Shown piece after piece: positions 49,526 to 62,840 of a DNA stretch of 64,000 bases (position 1 is its first letter; the number at the start of each line of letters is the position of its first letter). Origin of the DNA: Octopus sinensis. Taxonomy: Eukaryota. Below the pieces are notes generated by a model. It did not search any database. It was not told the origin of the DNA and worked only from the letters and a program-made list of their open reading frames with translations. The stretch covers positions 23,250,001 through 23,314,000 of the forward strand of contig NC_043006.1 in NCBI RefSeq assembly GCF_006345805.1, given 5' to 3'. Made by a program: the position numbers and the translations under genes.

Positions 49526-50745
49526 CTAGCAGAGATAACCGGCGTTGCTTAGAATTAAAAAGGCATAGTCTGTATATATATTACTGCTATGTTGAAACAG
49601 GTGGTACGGGAGAGTGCAGCATTGACGACAAAACATTTGTGAGTAAATGATGAGTTAATTCGACTAAGCGATATGTCATGCCTCTGTCTGTGTATTCCAG
49701 GCCCTAACCTGTCATGGAAATTGTGGGCGGTGGGTATGTGATTTTTGAACGCACTGAAAAGCACCTCAGTAGATATACTCTCCTTTGCGGCAGTCGGCGC
49801 TGCATCTAACACGACCCATCGTCTGAAGTTTTGACACCTTCGGGTTTGTTGTCCTACATCACTCACGAAGTAAATTTGGAGGAAGTGTAGTTGTTCATTT
49901 GTGAGTAACAGGGAAGCAATGAGGTGATAGATTTGCCCTTGAACTTTGAACGTTGGCATAAATCCATGTTCAACTATTTCCTTAGATGCACCAAACAATG
50001 TCATTTGAATTGCAGAGTTGTCTGATATTATTCAGAAAATCCTTTGACTGGATGAAAGTACTTTCCAGAAGATCTATAAGAGGTTGAGGAGGAGCCGGTA
50101 GTGCCGGCAACTTTACCGTACCGCCTGAGCAGCACATACCATTCGCTTCATTTGGAAGTTTTGGGAAAGTCACAACTCCCTTCTGTATTGAGATTCCATC
50201 TGGCGTGCTACAGCATGCGTTTGCTGATCTTGAGAAAGTGTCATCTCGCTTGTCTTGAGACTCTATTTGACATGCTGCAGCATGCGTTTGCTGATCTTGG
50301 GGAAGTCTCAATAAACGTGAAACAATATCATAGTCTTATCAAAGTGAAAGAATAAAAGTGAAACAATATTATAGTCTTATGAAAAGTGAAAGAATAAAAG
50401 TGAAACAATATACCGCTGAAAAAATCGGAAGGATCGTATAGGGGTCTAAAGCCCCTCATATGGGCATGGGACAAAATTTGACCCCTCCCCCATAGAACTT
50501 TCCTCGAGTAATGAAAAACCTTCATGCCAAATTTGGTATTATACCGCTGAAAAAAAGTCGGAAGGGTCATATGGGGGGGGGGGGCTATAGCTCCCTATAT
50601 GGGCAAGGGCCAAAATTTGACCCCGCTAGAACCTTCCCCGAATAATGAAAAACCTTCATGCCAAATTTGGTACAGATTGATCCATTGGTTTGGCCGTGCA
50701 TAGAGGAAACACACTCACACACACACTGAATTTTATAGATATAGA
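49526..50745 (-). mobile_element. Complete non-autonomous Helitron (1220 bp) retaining N-terminal RepHel remnants
   Basis: A|TCTATATCTATAAAA 5' end; gcaacgccgg hairpin then CTAG|T; GMCCSGGTVKLP and GFMPTFKVQGQIYHLIASLL...FLQIYF motifs; internal ~41-bp and ~135-bp tandem repeats. Confidence 0.93.
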
Positions 50746-51105
50746 TATATATTAAATCATCGTCATCATTTTTGTATATGCTGGCATGTTTGTATATGTA
50801 TACATACACGCGTATACATAAATCCATTGAAGAAAGCAAAGAAATTCACAAAATAAACAAACACTAACTTAGAACGGATATTGCAACATACCAGTAAACC
50901 AAGCTACTGAAGTATATATACGGAAATACTATTCAACGAGTACATTGAACAGTACTGCTACTAAAAATAGACGTGTTACACACAGAGTGTGATACACAAA
51001 TTAAATGTAGGCCAGGTTGTAGAAATTATGAAAGCATAATCAAACATTTCATAAAACGAAGCACAAGTACATCACACCAGACCATTAACTAACGTTAATA
51101 ATATA

Positions 51106-51311
51106 TTGGTTTCCAATTTTGGCACAAGGCTAGCAATTTTGGGAGAGGGGTAAGTCGATTATATCGACTCAAATACTCAGTTGGTACTTATTTTATCGAT
51201 CCCGAAAGGATGTTAATTTCGGCGGAATTTGAACTCAGAACAAGAAGACGGATGAAATGCCGCTAAGCATTTCGTGCGGCGTGCTTACGATTCTGCCAGC
51301 TCGTTGCCTTA
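51106..51311 (-). mobile_element. SINE A2, near full length
   Basis: rc head aaggcaacgagctggcagaatcg, B-box gagttcaaattcc, tail ccttgtgccaaaattggaaacc. Confidence 0.9.
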
Positions 51312-51859
51312 CTAACACTAATAATATGTTATAAAAACAATAGTTAAAAACAAAAGCAACAATTTAACACACTGCAACGATGTAAGCCCAAGAAACAGCT
51401 ACGAATGACTAATCTAATTTATGAATTTAACAGTAAAAATGGAAGTTGCAAACTTCTTGTTTCTAACTGATGCATTGGCAAGAATTCCCAAGAGAAATAA
51501 ACGATTAACAATGAAAGTAATACTAATTGCAGCCAACACAAGACTACAATTTACATAAAATATACGCACGTCACAAATTACGAAGTTGATGACGCTTTAA
51601 CGCTCTAACGGTTAAATTCTGATGGGGAAATTTGTATAAACATAAACCGCTCAACTATGAAAAGGACAGCAGAGGAGACAATACAACTCCACATTCTGAA
51701 GATACGACTAAGAAAGCCGGCAAATACTGATAAAGATTAATTCGAGGGTTTTGTTATTCCGAACGAATTATTAGAAAGAAAACTAATAAAAGAAAAGATT
51801 AAAACAGTTGTGCTTTTCAATGCTTTAAAAAGAAAAGCTGTTCTCACATATACATACAA

Positions 51860-51894
51860 CACACGCATATATATTATATTATTATATATAAAAT

Positions 51895-51936
<42 letters not shown>

Positions 51937-51937
51937 T

Positions 51938-51969
<32 letters not shown>

Positions 51970-52372
51970 CATACGTATAATACATACAAGATTATAAATA
52001 TACTATATATATATACATATATATACATATATATATACATATATATAATATACATATATATATACATATATATATAATATATATATACATATATATACAT
52101 ATATATACATATATATAACATATATATAATATATATATTAATATACACATATATAACATATATATATATAACATATATATATACATATATATATATACAT
52201 ATATCTATATATATATATATAAATTATATATAACATTATATATATAATATATATATATATACATATATATATATACATATATATATATACATATATATAT
52301 ACATATATATATATATTAATACATATATATATATACATATATATATACATATATATATACATATATATATAC

Positions 52373-52416
<44 letters not shown>

Positions 52417-52574
52417 CACATACGTATATATACATACAATATATATATATACATATATATATACATATATACATATATATATATATACATATATATATAC
52501 ATATATTACAATATATATAACATATATATATATTATATATATATATTATATATATTACACAATATATTAATATA

Positions 52575-52634
<60 letters not shown>

Positions 52635-52645
52635 ATATATATATG
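51860..52645. repeat. ~800-bp (TA)n/(TATATAC)n tract
   Basis: Directly visible. Confidence 0.92.
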
Positions 52646-52682
52646 CATGCGCGGGAGTGGCTGTGTGGTAGAAGCTTGCTTC

Positions 52683-54191
52683 CGGTTCCGGTCGTGGAGT
52701 TGAGACTCTTGACACTGAACGGTGAGGACGTGAGCTTTGAGCTCCGTCCTAAAAAGAAAAAAGAACCAAAAAACAGAGAAGGTTGTCGAGGTAGGTGATT
52801 TTGTTTGTTGTGAGTGGGCATAATTCATTGCGTGCGAATTATTCTTTCAGTAAATAGTGCCCAGCTCTGGGACAATTTCGCCTACTCCGGGCGGCTGCTG
52901 TTTTTGGTATTGAGAATTTATTGAATTCATTTTTGGTGGGGCGTATCCTCGCCCGAATAGAACCTGTTGCTGCTGTGTGCAGCTACCGTGGCGTATTATT
53001 GTGTTTGAATTACCGGACAACAAAAAAGATTTATACCAAGGAACCTATACACATTTTTTCTTTCCTTTTGAACAGCTAATTAATTTTTGGATTTACTTTG
53101 TTTTTTTGGTTTTTTTGTGTACCTTTTTTACATTCTCTTGACCTTTGGACTTTTTTTTGGAACTCTTAAGACTTTCTTTTGCATATGGCAAAAATAAACG
53201 GTGCCGCTGCTTTGGAGTGGGAGGTGGTCCTACCCAAACAGTGGATTAAAGATCTTGAGAAGAGGACGGTGGTACTACGGACCTATTCTAGGTCGTGTGG
53301 TGCCATCGCCCTCTTCGACAAGAGAGTAATAGAGAAAGAGTTGGCAGACTACTTGCCAACTATAAAATATATTTCACGGGGGACCAAATTTGCAACGGTG
53401 TGGCTGCTGTTTGGTACCCCCGAGGAAGCTGGCAGATTTGCCAGCGAGCCCCTTGAGGGAGAAGAAATTTTGTTCCTCCCCACTTATTGTGGGAGGAAGA
53501 TAAGAAGAGCCTGGGTGTGCGGGCTGCCCTCGGGCACGGAGGCGGGATAGCGGGCCCAAGCTATTGAGTGTGAAGATTACTCCCGCGGTCGACTGGGAGG
53601 GGTCAAAGGCAACTTTGACCCTGTGGACCCCGGTGGCCGTGGGAGGCATGATGTTTCCGGATTTCCTAAAAATGGCCGGGTACAGTTACCCGGTGATACT
53701 TGAGGGAGCTGCAGGTGGGATGTTTGCCACCTGCGGATAGGGCTCCGTCAGTGGGAAGTGCGCCACTGACGGAGCAGTGTGAGGTCCCTTCCTGTGAAGA
53801 GGAGGTGTTTGTCCTCCTTTACCATGACGGAGGGACAGTGAGTAAACTTTTGGACGGCTTGGGTGACCGAGAACGTGTGCACTCGGTCTGCTCAAGTACT
53901 CCGATATGGCCTCCGCAGGTGGTTGCGGAGGTAGTAACTGAAAAAATTCTGTCAAAGGTCACAGCGACCTTTCACAAGGAAGAATTTGCTTTCCTCTTTG
54001 CAGGCCCCGACTTGTCGATGCAGAGTTGTCTGAGAATTGTTGTAAGAAACTTTGTATTCGAGGGTTTGTTGGTCGGTGGGCGCCGACATCCCTCTCATCT
54101 GTATCATTTTGTTTCATTTCATCTCATCTTGTCCATGTCCAGCCCACAAGCTTCTCTTTGTAAGGCCTATATGGCCAATTTAATGAAATAA
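52683..54191 (+). mobile_element. ORF1-only L1/Tx1-like non-LTR element (HAL1-like) with 13-bp TSD
   Basis: TSD agaagcttgcttc at 52670-52682 and 54192-54204; ends aatgaaataa(a); decayed ORF1-like coding with FPDFLKMAGYSYPVILEG followed by a broken CCHC knuckle; no APE or RT motif seen. Confidence 0.75.
53185..53780 (+). pseudogene. Decayed ORF1-like (RRM-like region + zinc knuckle) of the element
   Basis: ATG at 53185, open to TAG at 53550; continues in a +1 frame from about 53561; ATCG*GSVSGKC remnant at about 53723-53761. Confidence 0.6.
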
Positions 54192-54621
54192 AGAAGCTTG
54201 CTTCTCAACTACATGGTTCCGGATTCTGTCCGACTGCATAGCATCTTGGGCAAGTGTCTTTTACTGTAGCCTCGGGCCGACCAAAGCCTTGTGAGTGAAT
54301 TTGGTTGACGGAAACTGAAAGAAGCCTGTCGTATATATGTATATATATATATATGTGTGTGTGTGTGTTTGTATTTATGTGTCTATGTTTGTTCCCCCAC
54401 CATCGCTTGACAACGGATATTGATATATTCACGTCTCTGTAACCTAGTGGTTCGGCAAAAACGACCGATAGAATAAGTACTAGGCTTACAATGAATAAGT
54501 CCTTGGGGTCGATTTGTTCGAGTAAAGGCGGTGCTCCAGCATGGCCGCAGTCAAATGACTTAAACAAGTAAGAGAATAAAGGAAAAAATATATATACAAA
54601 CAAAATTATAACATATATACA

Positions 54622-54676
<55 letters not shown>

Positions 54677-54869
54677 GCATGATATATATATATATGTATA
54701 TATATGCATGTATATATATATATGTATATATATATATATGTATATATATGCATGTAATATATATATATATGTATATATATATGTATGTATATATATATGT
54801 GTATGTATATGTATATATATTTATATACACACACCACAGACACTTACACATACACACACAAGTTATTCC

Positions 54870-55060
54870 TCACCACCGCTTTATAACCGGTGTTGGCGTT
54901 TTAGGCCCCCCCCCAGGTCCCAGTAACTTAGCGATTCGGCAAAAGGTACCGATAGAGTAAATATCTGAATATCTGGGTTAAAAATAAGACAAGTACTGGG
55001 ATCGATCCGTTCGACTAAACGGTGCCCCAGCCCAATGACTGAAACAAGTAAAGAAGATAA
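54870..55060 (+). mobile_element. Decayed SINE B 3' half
   Basis: gtaacttagcgattcggcaaaag...ggtgccccagc...aatgactgaaacaagtaaag. Confidence 0.7.
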
Positions 55061-55157
55061 ATGATACGTGCGTGTGTTTATGTGTGTTTGTGTATGCATG
55101 GTGTGTGTATGTGCGTGCGTTCCTCTGTGTGTGTGTTTGTGTGTGTGTGTATGTGTT

Positions 55158-55218
<61 letters not shown>

Positions 55219-56307
55219 GAGTCCTGCAGAAATTTGTTATCGCATAAATACCAATCATGTATCAATATTGTTTTTTAAACAAGTAACTCCAGCTGTTATT
55301 CAGTTTGTTTCATAGTGTAACTTCCACTACGTAATGCTGTTTTACCATGTAACTCAAGACATTTATTAAACTTTTTCTTTTCATTTTCATATTTTTTTTC
55401 TACTGTATAAGTAACTACTGCAAGTAAACCGTTGAGGTTATCTTGACGACTAGGGAGTTACCAACATTCCGTTAAAATATATCATATGATTTATTTCTGA
55501 TGATTATCTGCTTGAATAAATGTTACTTGAAGACCTTTCTGACATTTAAAAAATTTTATTTTTTAAAGTATTCTTTCGTTTTGTTGTTGCATGCTAACGG
55601 GCTACTAACTCAATCTTATAACCCAAGAGCCGTCCAAAATTTCATGGGTTTGGTTTAGATTTTATTTTAAATTCTGAGGGAATGCGTATCTCGAAACTTT
55701 GAAACTCTCGCATCTGATAAAATTCAACTAATTTACACATGTAGGATAGTTTCCTTTTTTTTTTTTTGAGTAGATACATAAAATATTTAATTGAAAAACT
55801 AGTCTTTTACTAGAGTTAAAAAGATTATATGCGCCACCCTGGCTCCTTTGTCTGCAATATAGAAGTAGTCCTGAAATTTTAGTGAATTTGACCAGGTTAC
55901 ACCACGCTCTGTGAAATAACATTTGTATAAAACAACTTTACTACATCTAAAAATATTCTGATTTTAGATGTAACGGTAATACTTGTGTGTGTATGTGTGT
56001 GTGTGTGCGTGTGTGTTTGTATGTGTGTGTACGAGTAGACACAAAAAAAAAGAGCGCTCAACACATTTAGTAGGATTTGCATATGTTATTTAAAACAGCT
56101 TGATTCGGCTCAAGTTTCGCAGGCCCCAACCGAGAATCCAGGAAATTATTTACCGCTGTTTCTGAGGTTTGGGGATTAGTAAATGCAGTAGTGTGCTTTT
56201 CTATACACATGACAGACGTTAAATGTAGATCCAAGTCCAGCGGGCAGCCTTCAACTACTTACCACCCAAGAGTTTTTTAACCCAATATTCAACACATTAT
56301 TTATCTA

Positions 56308-56876
56308 TTGGGTTGTCCAGAAAGTTCGTGCCGATTTTTAAAGGAAAAAAAAAAAGGATATAAATACTTGCCATTACATTTTTAATCAACCAAATATGGA
56401 CCATTTTGTTGCACAATGCATCTCTATCTTTCTTTTAACTTGAAAATACCCTCTTCCCAGAAGTCAGGTGGTTTCATGGCAAAGAATTCATCAAGGTATC
56501 TTTTTACGTCATCCAAGGAATTGAAGTTTTTACCATTAAGACTATTCTGCAGAGATCTGAATTAGTGGAAATCCGAAGGAGCAATATCTGGTGAATATGG
56601 ATGGTGGGGTAACACATCCCAGCCGAGCTGCAGCAATTTTTGTCTGGTTGCCAAAGCATCAAGTGCCTAAAGTGAACTTTCTTATCTTCCATTTTAAAGG
56701 GTTACAGAATTAACACAGGTTATAAGAACATAAACCTTCTTCCACAAAAAGATAGCTTAAACTGTGCTCTAAATGGAGGTGTAGTCAAATCCTATTTTAT
56801 GGATTCAACCATGTTCTAAAATATGTCGAAAGGTAAGCTACTATATAAATCGGCACGAACTTTCCGGACAACCCAA
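56308..56876 (-). mobile_element. Internally deleted mariner (Hsmar1/cecropia-like)
   Basis: TIRs ttgggttgtccagaaagttcgtgccgattt / inverted at about 56847-56876; MEDKKVHFRHLML joined to LGWDVLPHPPYSPDIAPSDFH...RSLQNSLNGKNF; TA on the left. Confidence 0.92.
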
Positions 56877-56938
56877 AAAATTATATACTTCACATCTCGC
56901 AAAATTTGTAAATACTTATAATGTATATACACATATAC

Positions 56939-57042
<104 letters not shown>

Positions 57043-57185
57043 CAAGCAGGAAGTAAATAGACACCTTAATTTTCAAAATTTCTGATATAAGCGTCTTAAT
57101 GTTTTCAGCGGTGTAGAATTTGAAATGAAATTATTCTTTTTCATTCCAGGTGCCATTATATTAAACATTTGCGAAGAGTAACCAT

Positions 57186-57555
57186 GTCACGCACAAACAA
57201 TTCAGCAAAACTCTCAGATTCTCAAAGAGATTGTTGAGCCATCTGAGGCTGGTCTTAGCCAGCAAAAAATTGCCGAAAATCTTCAAATTCTTCTTGCTAC
57301 TGTTAATAAAATTATAGCGCAATTCAAAAGCCAAAGAAAAGAATCAACAGATTCTCGTCCCGGCCGACCTGGGCCCTCGGAAAGGAAGCTTCTCTGTTTG
57401 AAGAGAATTGTGGAAAACGAACCCCGTTCGAAGGCTTCTTACATTGCAAAACAGCTAGAAGTTAGTCCAAGAACGTGTGTTACATATCTGCTTAAGCTTG
57501 GGTATTATGGACGAGCAGCTAGAAGAAAACCTCTCCTTCAACCATTTAAAATCAA
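57186..57555 (+). mobile_element. Tc1-like transposase N-terminal remnant
   Basis: [11 protein letters not shown]...TVNKII..F...RPGRP...[10 protein letters not shown]...[14 protein letters not shown]. Confidence 0.85.
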
Positions 57556-57744
57556 ATACATTGTATTTTGCTTGCCTCAATCGAACTTGATCCCTCCCTC
57601 TATTACGTTCTTTGCTCTAATTGTTCTCATTAGAAAACTACGTTTCAATAGCACTTTGGATAGGTTACACCAAGATTTATTCAAGCAAACGGTTAGAGAC
57701 ATTGTCACTACGTGATAAACTGCGTTGCTTCTATAATATCTATT

Positions 57745-57900
57745 TGTTATCTGAGTTCAAATTCTGCCAAGGTCGACTTTGCCTTTCATCCTTTCAGGAT
57801 CGATAACTCAAATACCAGTTGCGTACTGGGGTTGATATAATCGACTGCCCCCCCCTCCCCAAAAGTTTCGGGGCTTGTGCCTAGAGTAGAAAAGAATATT
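57745..57900 (+). mobile_element. SINE A2 3' part
   Basis: tctgagttcaaattctgccaaggtcgactttgcctttcatcc...gcttgtgcctagagtagaaaag. Confidence 0.85.
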
Positions 57901-58831
57901 TATTTGTTACTTGGCACAAGTTTTGGGAAAAACAAATATGTTAACGGACTGAGCCAAATAAAAAAATTTCTAGTGATTATGAACTTAGAATTTAAAGAAA
58001 TTAATAGAAATAGTGAACTAAATTTGTGTCGTTAACCATCACTACCAAATCTCAGCGTAAACATCCATACAAAAATATCAGCCAAATTCCTTAAAATCTC
58101 ACACTAACCCTCTGAAAAAGGACAGATACATAGTCTAATGTAGTCCTAGATATGTTATGTCAGGAGAAAAAGATAGGAGGGTCCTACTCGGCCAGAGCTG
58201 ATTTGAGCAACACTATCAATGAAAACTATAACAATATCAACAGTGTGAACAAGCCAATGTAGAGACCCTTCATGTTGCTGCTCGATCTGCCGAAAATCAC
58301 AACCAAATCTCCCACAAATCTTTAATGAGAAAGAACATATAAATGTACAAGAAAGCAGAGTGATTACGAGCGGAACGCCTTTAATAATAAACATGTTCAA
58401 TCCGGTCTGACTTGGGACTTATCGATGAGAAAACAAGGAGAATAATAACAACAACCAATCGAAACAACAAGCGATTGAAAAGAAACTTGATATTGGTAAG
58501 AAGCAAAAGTCGAATTATGGGCGCTAGACAGTGTGTGTGTGTGTTGAAAATACTTAGTTTAAATTCAGTACTGGAAGTAGTTAACCGTCGTATCAATATT
58601 TGGGAGAAGGATGGCTGAATCAGTAAGAGGCAATGAACTAAATGACCTAACCATATTTACTTATATTACTTACGTTCCGAGATCAAATTCCCTGCGTTTA
58701 ATTTTTTTCCCCTCTTACTCATCTGCGGCCAACAGAATAAGTACCATTCAAGTACCTAGGTTGATACAACCAGCTACACCCATGCAACGAATTTCAGTAT
58801 CATATCAATAGGCTATGTAAGTATCATATCA

Positions 58832-59052
58832 ATAGACTATAACCTTTTCTCCATCGATAGACTATAACCTTTTCTCCATCGGTAGACTATAACCTTTTCT
58901 CCATCGATAGACTATAACCTTTTCTCCATCGATAGACTATAACCTTTTCTCCATCGATAGACTATAACCTTTTCTGCATCGATAGACTATAACCTTTTCT
59001 CCATCGATTGACTATAACCTTTTCTCCATCGATAGACTATAACCTTTTCTCC
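58832..59052. repeat. 25-bp minisatellite, ~8.8 copies
   Basis: Unit gatagactataaccttttctccatc; few variants. Confidence 0.96.
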
Positions 59053-59730
59053 GTCATAAACTCTGACCTTGTACCTTGTCTTTATCATCATTACTGTCGC
59101 TCATCATGAAGCAATCGTGTGGTATTGCTATTGGAAGCAAGGAAGTAGGAAGGGATAAGGTAGTTACTTTAGTGCCAAACTCCAGGGGTTGCTATGTTGT
59201 CTTATTATAACGACTGCTGTCATCATATCCATGTTTACCTCCTGTTGACACCACGCTGATTTTAACGGTAGATATATAACCGAACTCTGAACGACAATCT
59301 CCACCTCCACCACCACCACCTCCTCCTCCTCCTCACTTTCCACCGTGGAGCGAATAAAAAAAAAACATGCGTATGTTATAGTTTCGTGTTGTGCACCATG
59401 GGTAGTACTCATTAAAGAATTTCTCAGGGAATCGGTACAAACTGCCTGTTACCGTCATTTTGGTCACAGCAAGAACTAATCAGAGTCAATCAGTGCGATT
59501 AGCTCGATTAAAATGTGACTTAAGAACCTAATTACAAATATAATATTATAAAATATTGAATGAATATATAAATACTTCACAGCAACATTAGAAAGAACAA
59601 GTTTTTAATTTCCAGAATTGCAATCAAGACTTTTGGTATTTATAAGGTCGTTAGTGGAATAGCATAGCTTGTTTGGAGAAATTCAATCGTCTTATTTATG
59701 GAATAATAACCTGTGGTTCAAGGATTCGGG

Positions 59731-60108
59731 GGCACTCCGTCGGTTACGACGAGGAGGGTTCCAATTGATCCGATCAACTGAACAGCCTGCTCGTGAAATT
59801 AACGTGCAAGTGGCTGAGCACTCCACCAACACGTGTACCCTTAACGCAGTACTCGGGGAGATTCAGCGTGACACAGAGTGTGACAAGGCTGGTTCTTTGA
59901 AATACAGGTACAACAGAAACAGGAAGAAAGAATGAGAGAAAGTTGTGGTAAAAGAGTATTGCAGGGTTTGCCACCACCCCCTACCAGAGCCGCGTGGAGT
60001 TTTAGGTGTTTTCGCTCAATAAACACTCACAAGCCCGGTTTCGGAATCGAAACCGCGATCCTGTGACCACGAGTCCGCTACCCTAACCACTGGACCACTT
60101 CGCCGTCA
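59731..60108 (-). mobile_element. Full-length older SINE C
   Basis: Reverse complement of 38592 with more substitutions. Confidence 0.92.
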
Positions 60109-60539
60109 CGGATCAAGGATTAGAAAGGAAAAAAAAAACCACAGCGACGATGACAAGAAAAAAAAGTGAAGGAAAGCACAAACTCAAGAAAAATAAAAAT
60201 ATACTAAAACAAAATATGTTGCAATTATATTATCTATTTCTATGTATGTATATAATATAATATATATACACGTCGGGCTTATTACAGTTTCCGTCTGCCA
60301 AATCCACTCACAGGGCTTCGGTCGGACCGAGGCTATAGAAGACACTTGCCGAAGACACTGAACCCGGAAGTATATGGTTTGGAAGCAAGCTTCTTAGCAC
60401 ACGGCCACACACGAACACACACATACACACCCACATATACATGACATATATTTATATATAGCATATGTATATATATATATTACACACACATACACACGTG
60501 GGCGCATATATATATATACGAAGGGGAGACAAATATTAT

Positions 60540-60925
60540 CTATGTGGTAAGTAGCTTGTTTACCAACCACATGGTTCCGGGTTCAGTCCCACTGCGTGGT
60601 GGCTTGGGCAAGTGTCTACTATAGCCTCAGGCCGACCAAAGCCTTGTGAGTGAATTTGGTAGACGGAAACTGAAAGAAGCCCGTTGTATATATGTATATG
60701 TATATGTGTGTGTGTGCGTCTGTTTGTGTGTCTGTGTTTGTCTCCCGAACGTCGTTTGACAGCCGATGCTGGTGTGTTTACGTCTTCGTAACTTAGCGGT
60801 TCGGCAAAAGAGACCGGAAGAATAAGTACTAAGCTTACAAAGAATAAGTCCTGGGGACGATTTGCTCGACTAAAGGCGGTGCTCCAACATGGCCACAGTC
60901 AAATGAATGAAACGAGTAAAAGAGG
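60540..60925 (+). mobile_element. SINE B
   Basis: tgtggtaagtagc...ggcggtgctccaacatggccacagtc. Confidence 0.93.
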
Positions 60926-60969
60926 GCAAATTTTAGCCAATTCTCCGCAGACTGAAGAAACGATGAACA

Positions 60970-61012
60970 ATCTTAATCGATTTTCGAACTTTATTGGGTT
61001 TTCATCAGAGGC
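60970..61012 (-). ncRNA. Decayed canonical-core minimal hammerhead motif
   Basis: rc: GCCT-CTGATGA-AAAC(ccaataaa)GTTC-GAA-AATCGATT-A-AGAT; 8-nt palindromic stem III, weak stem I, G10.1>A. Confidence 0.45.
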
Positions 61013-61260
61013 GTCCACATCATTCTGACAGTCTCCAGGGAGACAAGCATTCAAACTCTTTATATGCTCAACAAATGCAGTAGTTACTCTATGAAGGAGT
61101 CCTTAATTTGCATGCCGAAAGTGTTTAACACTCTATAAATACCAGCGGTCTGTCAACGGGGATCTTAGTATCGTATATACATATTACATATATTTTTACA
61201 TAATATATATATGTTTTACATATACATATATATATATATATATACATTATATATATACAT

Positions 61261-61292
<32 letters not shown>

Positions 61293-61480
61293 TTACATGT
61301 ATATATATTACATATATATATATTACATATATTACACAAATACATATATATATATATATATATATTATATATAATATATATATATATATATATTCATGTG
61401 TAACATATATATATAAATATTACATGTTACATGTTATATATATTCCATAAATATATATTACTTATGCATATATATTACAT

Positions 61481-61530
<50 letters not shown>

Positions 61531-61533
<3 letters not shown>

Positions 61534-61859
61534 CCCCCTTCGGTCATGAGTGACCATGGGTTTGCACCTAGAGAGTTACCCTCTGAGGCACAAGTCTGGG
61601 CAAGGTTGTTTTATGGAAGACCAGTAGTCGCCCATGCATACCGGCCTCCCCTCTCCACGCCACCAGTGTTATCCAAGGGAAAGACAAAGGTCGATACAGC
61701 TTGGCACCTGTGACGTCGCAACTCATTTCTACAGCTGAGTGAACTGGAGCAACGTGAAATAAAGTGTCTTGCTCAAGAACTCAACACGCAGCCCGGTCCG
61801 GGATTCGAGCTCACAACCTCACGATCGTAAGCTCGACGTATCTAACCACTGAGCCATGC

Positions 61860-61860
<1 letters not shown>
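61531..61860 (-). mobile_element. Full-length SINE D
   Basis: rc head gcatggctcagtggttagatacg...gagctcgaatccc; ends catgaccgaagggggtc before a TA tail. Confidence 0.94.
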
Positions 61861-61904
<44 letters not shown>

Positions 61905-62519
61905 TGGGAAAAACATTAAATATATATGTTTTATATATATATATGTGTGTATGTGTGCATATTACACATATATGCATGTATATATGTATATATTTATATA
62001 TAATTATACATCTATATATATATACATCTATATATATATACACAGACATAAACACACACTCATACACACACACGCGCGCACGCACGCACGGATTAAATGT
62101 AACAAATTAAAAAGCAACAAAGTTTATTTGAAATATCGGTTACAGAAAGTCATAAGCAGTGACCCTGCACCAATTTCAGAAATATTTCCCCACAAGTTGT
62201 AGCTGAAAATTGAAACTGTATGTGCCAGAGGGAGGTGCAACGAATGATAGAAAAAAAAAAGTACCCTTAAATTCTTTTATTTCATTTACTTTATTTTATT
62301 TATTTTTATTTTTAGATATAGATTTTTATTATATTTATGAAATGAAAGAAAACATGTCTGGAAATTAAGATAAATAAATAAAAAGATAAACAAAACATGG
62401 AATGTTGTTGTTATTGGCTCTCAACATCCGTTTTAAGATCAAATTAAAAACCAAAATTACAGAATTCCATTATGATTACAGTTCCAGTTATATCGAAATA
62501 GAAGTTTAAAAATAACCCT

Positions 62520-62715
62520 TTCTAATAAAGGCACATGGGCTGAAACTTGAGGGGAGGGGACTTGTCGATTACATTGATCCTCGTGTTTTATTGGTACTTA
62601 ATTTATCGACCCTGAAAGGATGAAAGGAAAAGTCGACCCTTGCGAAATTTGAACTCAGAACGTAGCGACAGGAGAAATACTAGAAAGCGTTTCATCCAGC
62701 GCGCTAACGATTCTG
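62520..62715 (-). mobile_element. SINE A2
   Basis: gaaaggatgaaaggaaaagtcgaccct...tttgaactcagaacg...gcgctaacgattctg. Confidence 0.85.
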
Positions 62716-62840
62716 CTGTGTTTAAAAATAACAATAAAGGCTTCAAATTTTGGCAAAAGTAATATTTTTAGGGAAGAGGGTAAATTGATTCCATCGACTC
62801 ACCTGGGGCTTATTTTATCGACTCAACAGCATTCGACCTC

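Larger units (their letters stand above)
52648..54580 (+). mobile_element. SINE B split by a 1.5-kb insertion (head 52648-52682, remainder 54192-54580)
   Basis: Removing 52683-54204 restores gtggctgtgtggtagaagcttgcttc-tcaactacatggttccgg. Confidence 0.92.
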
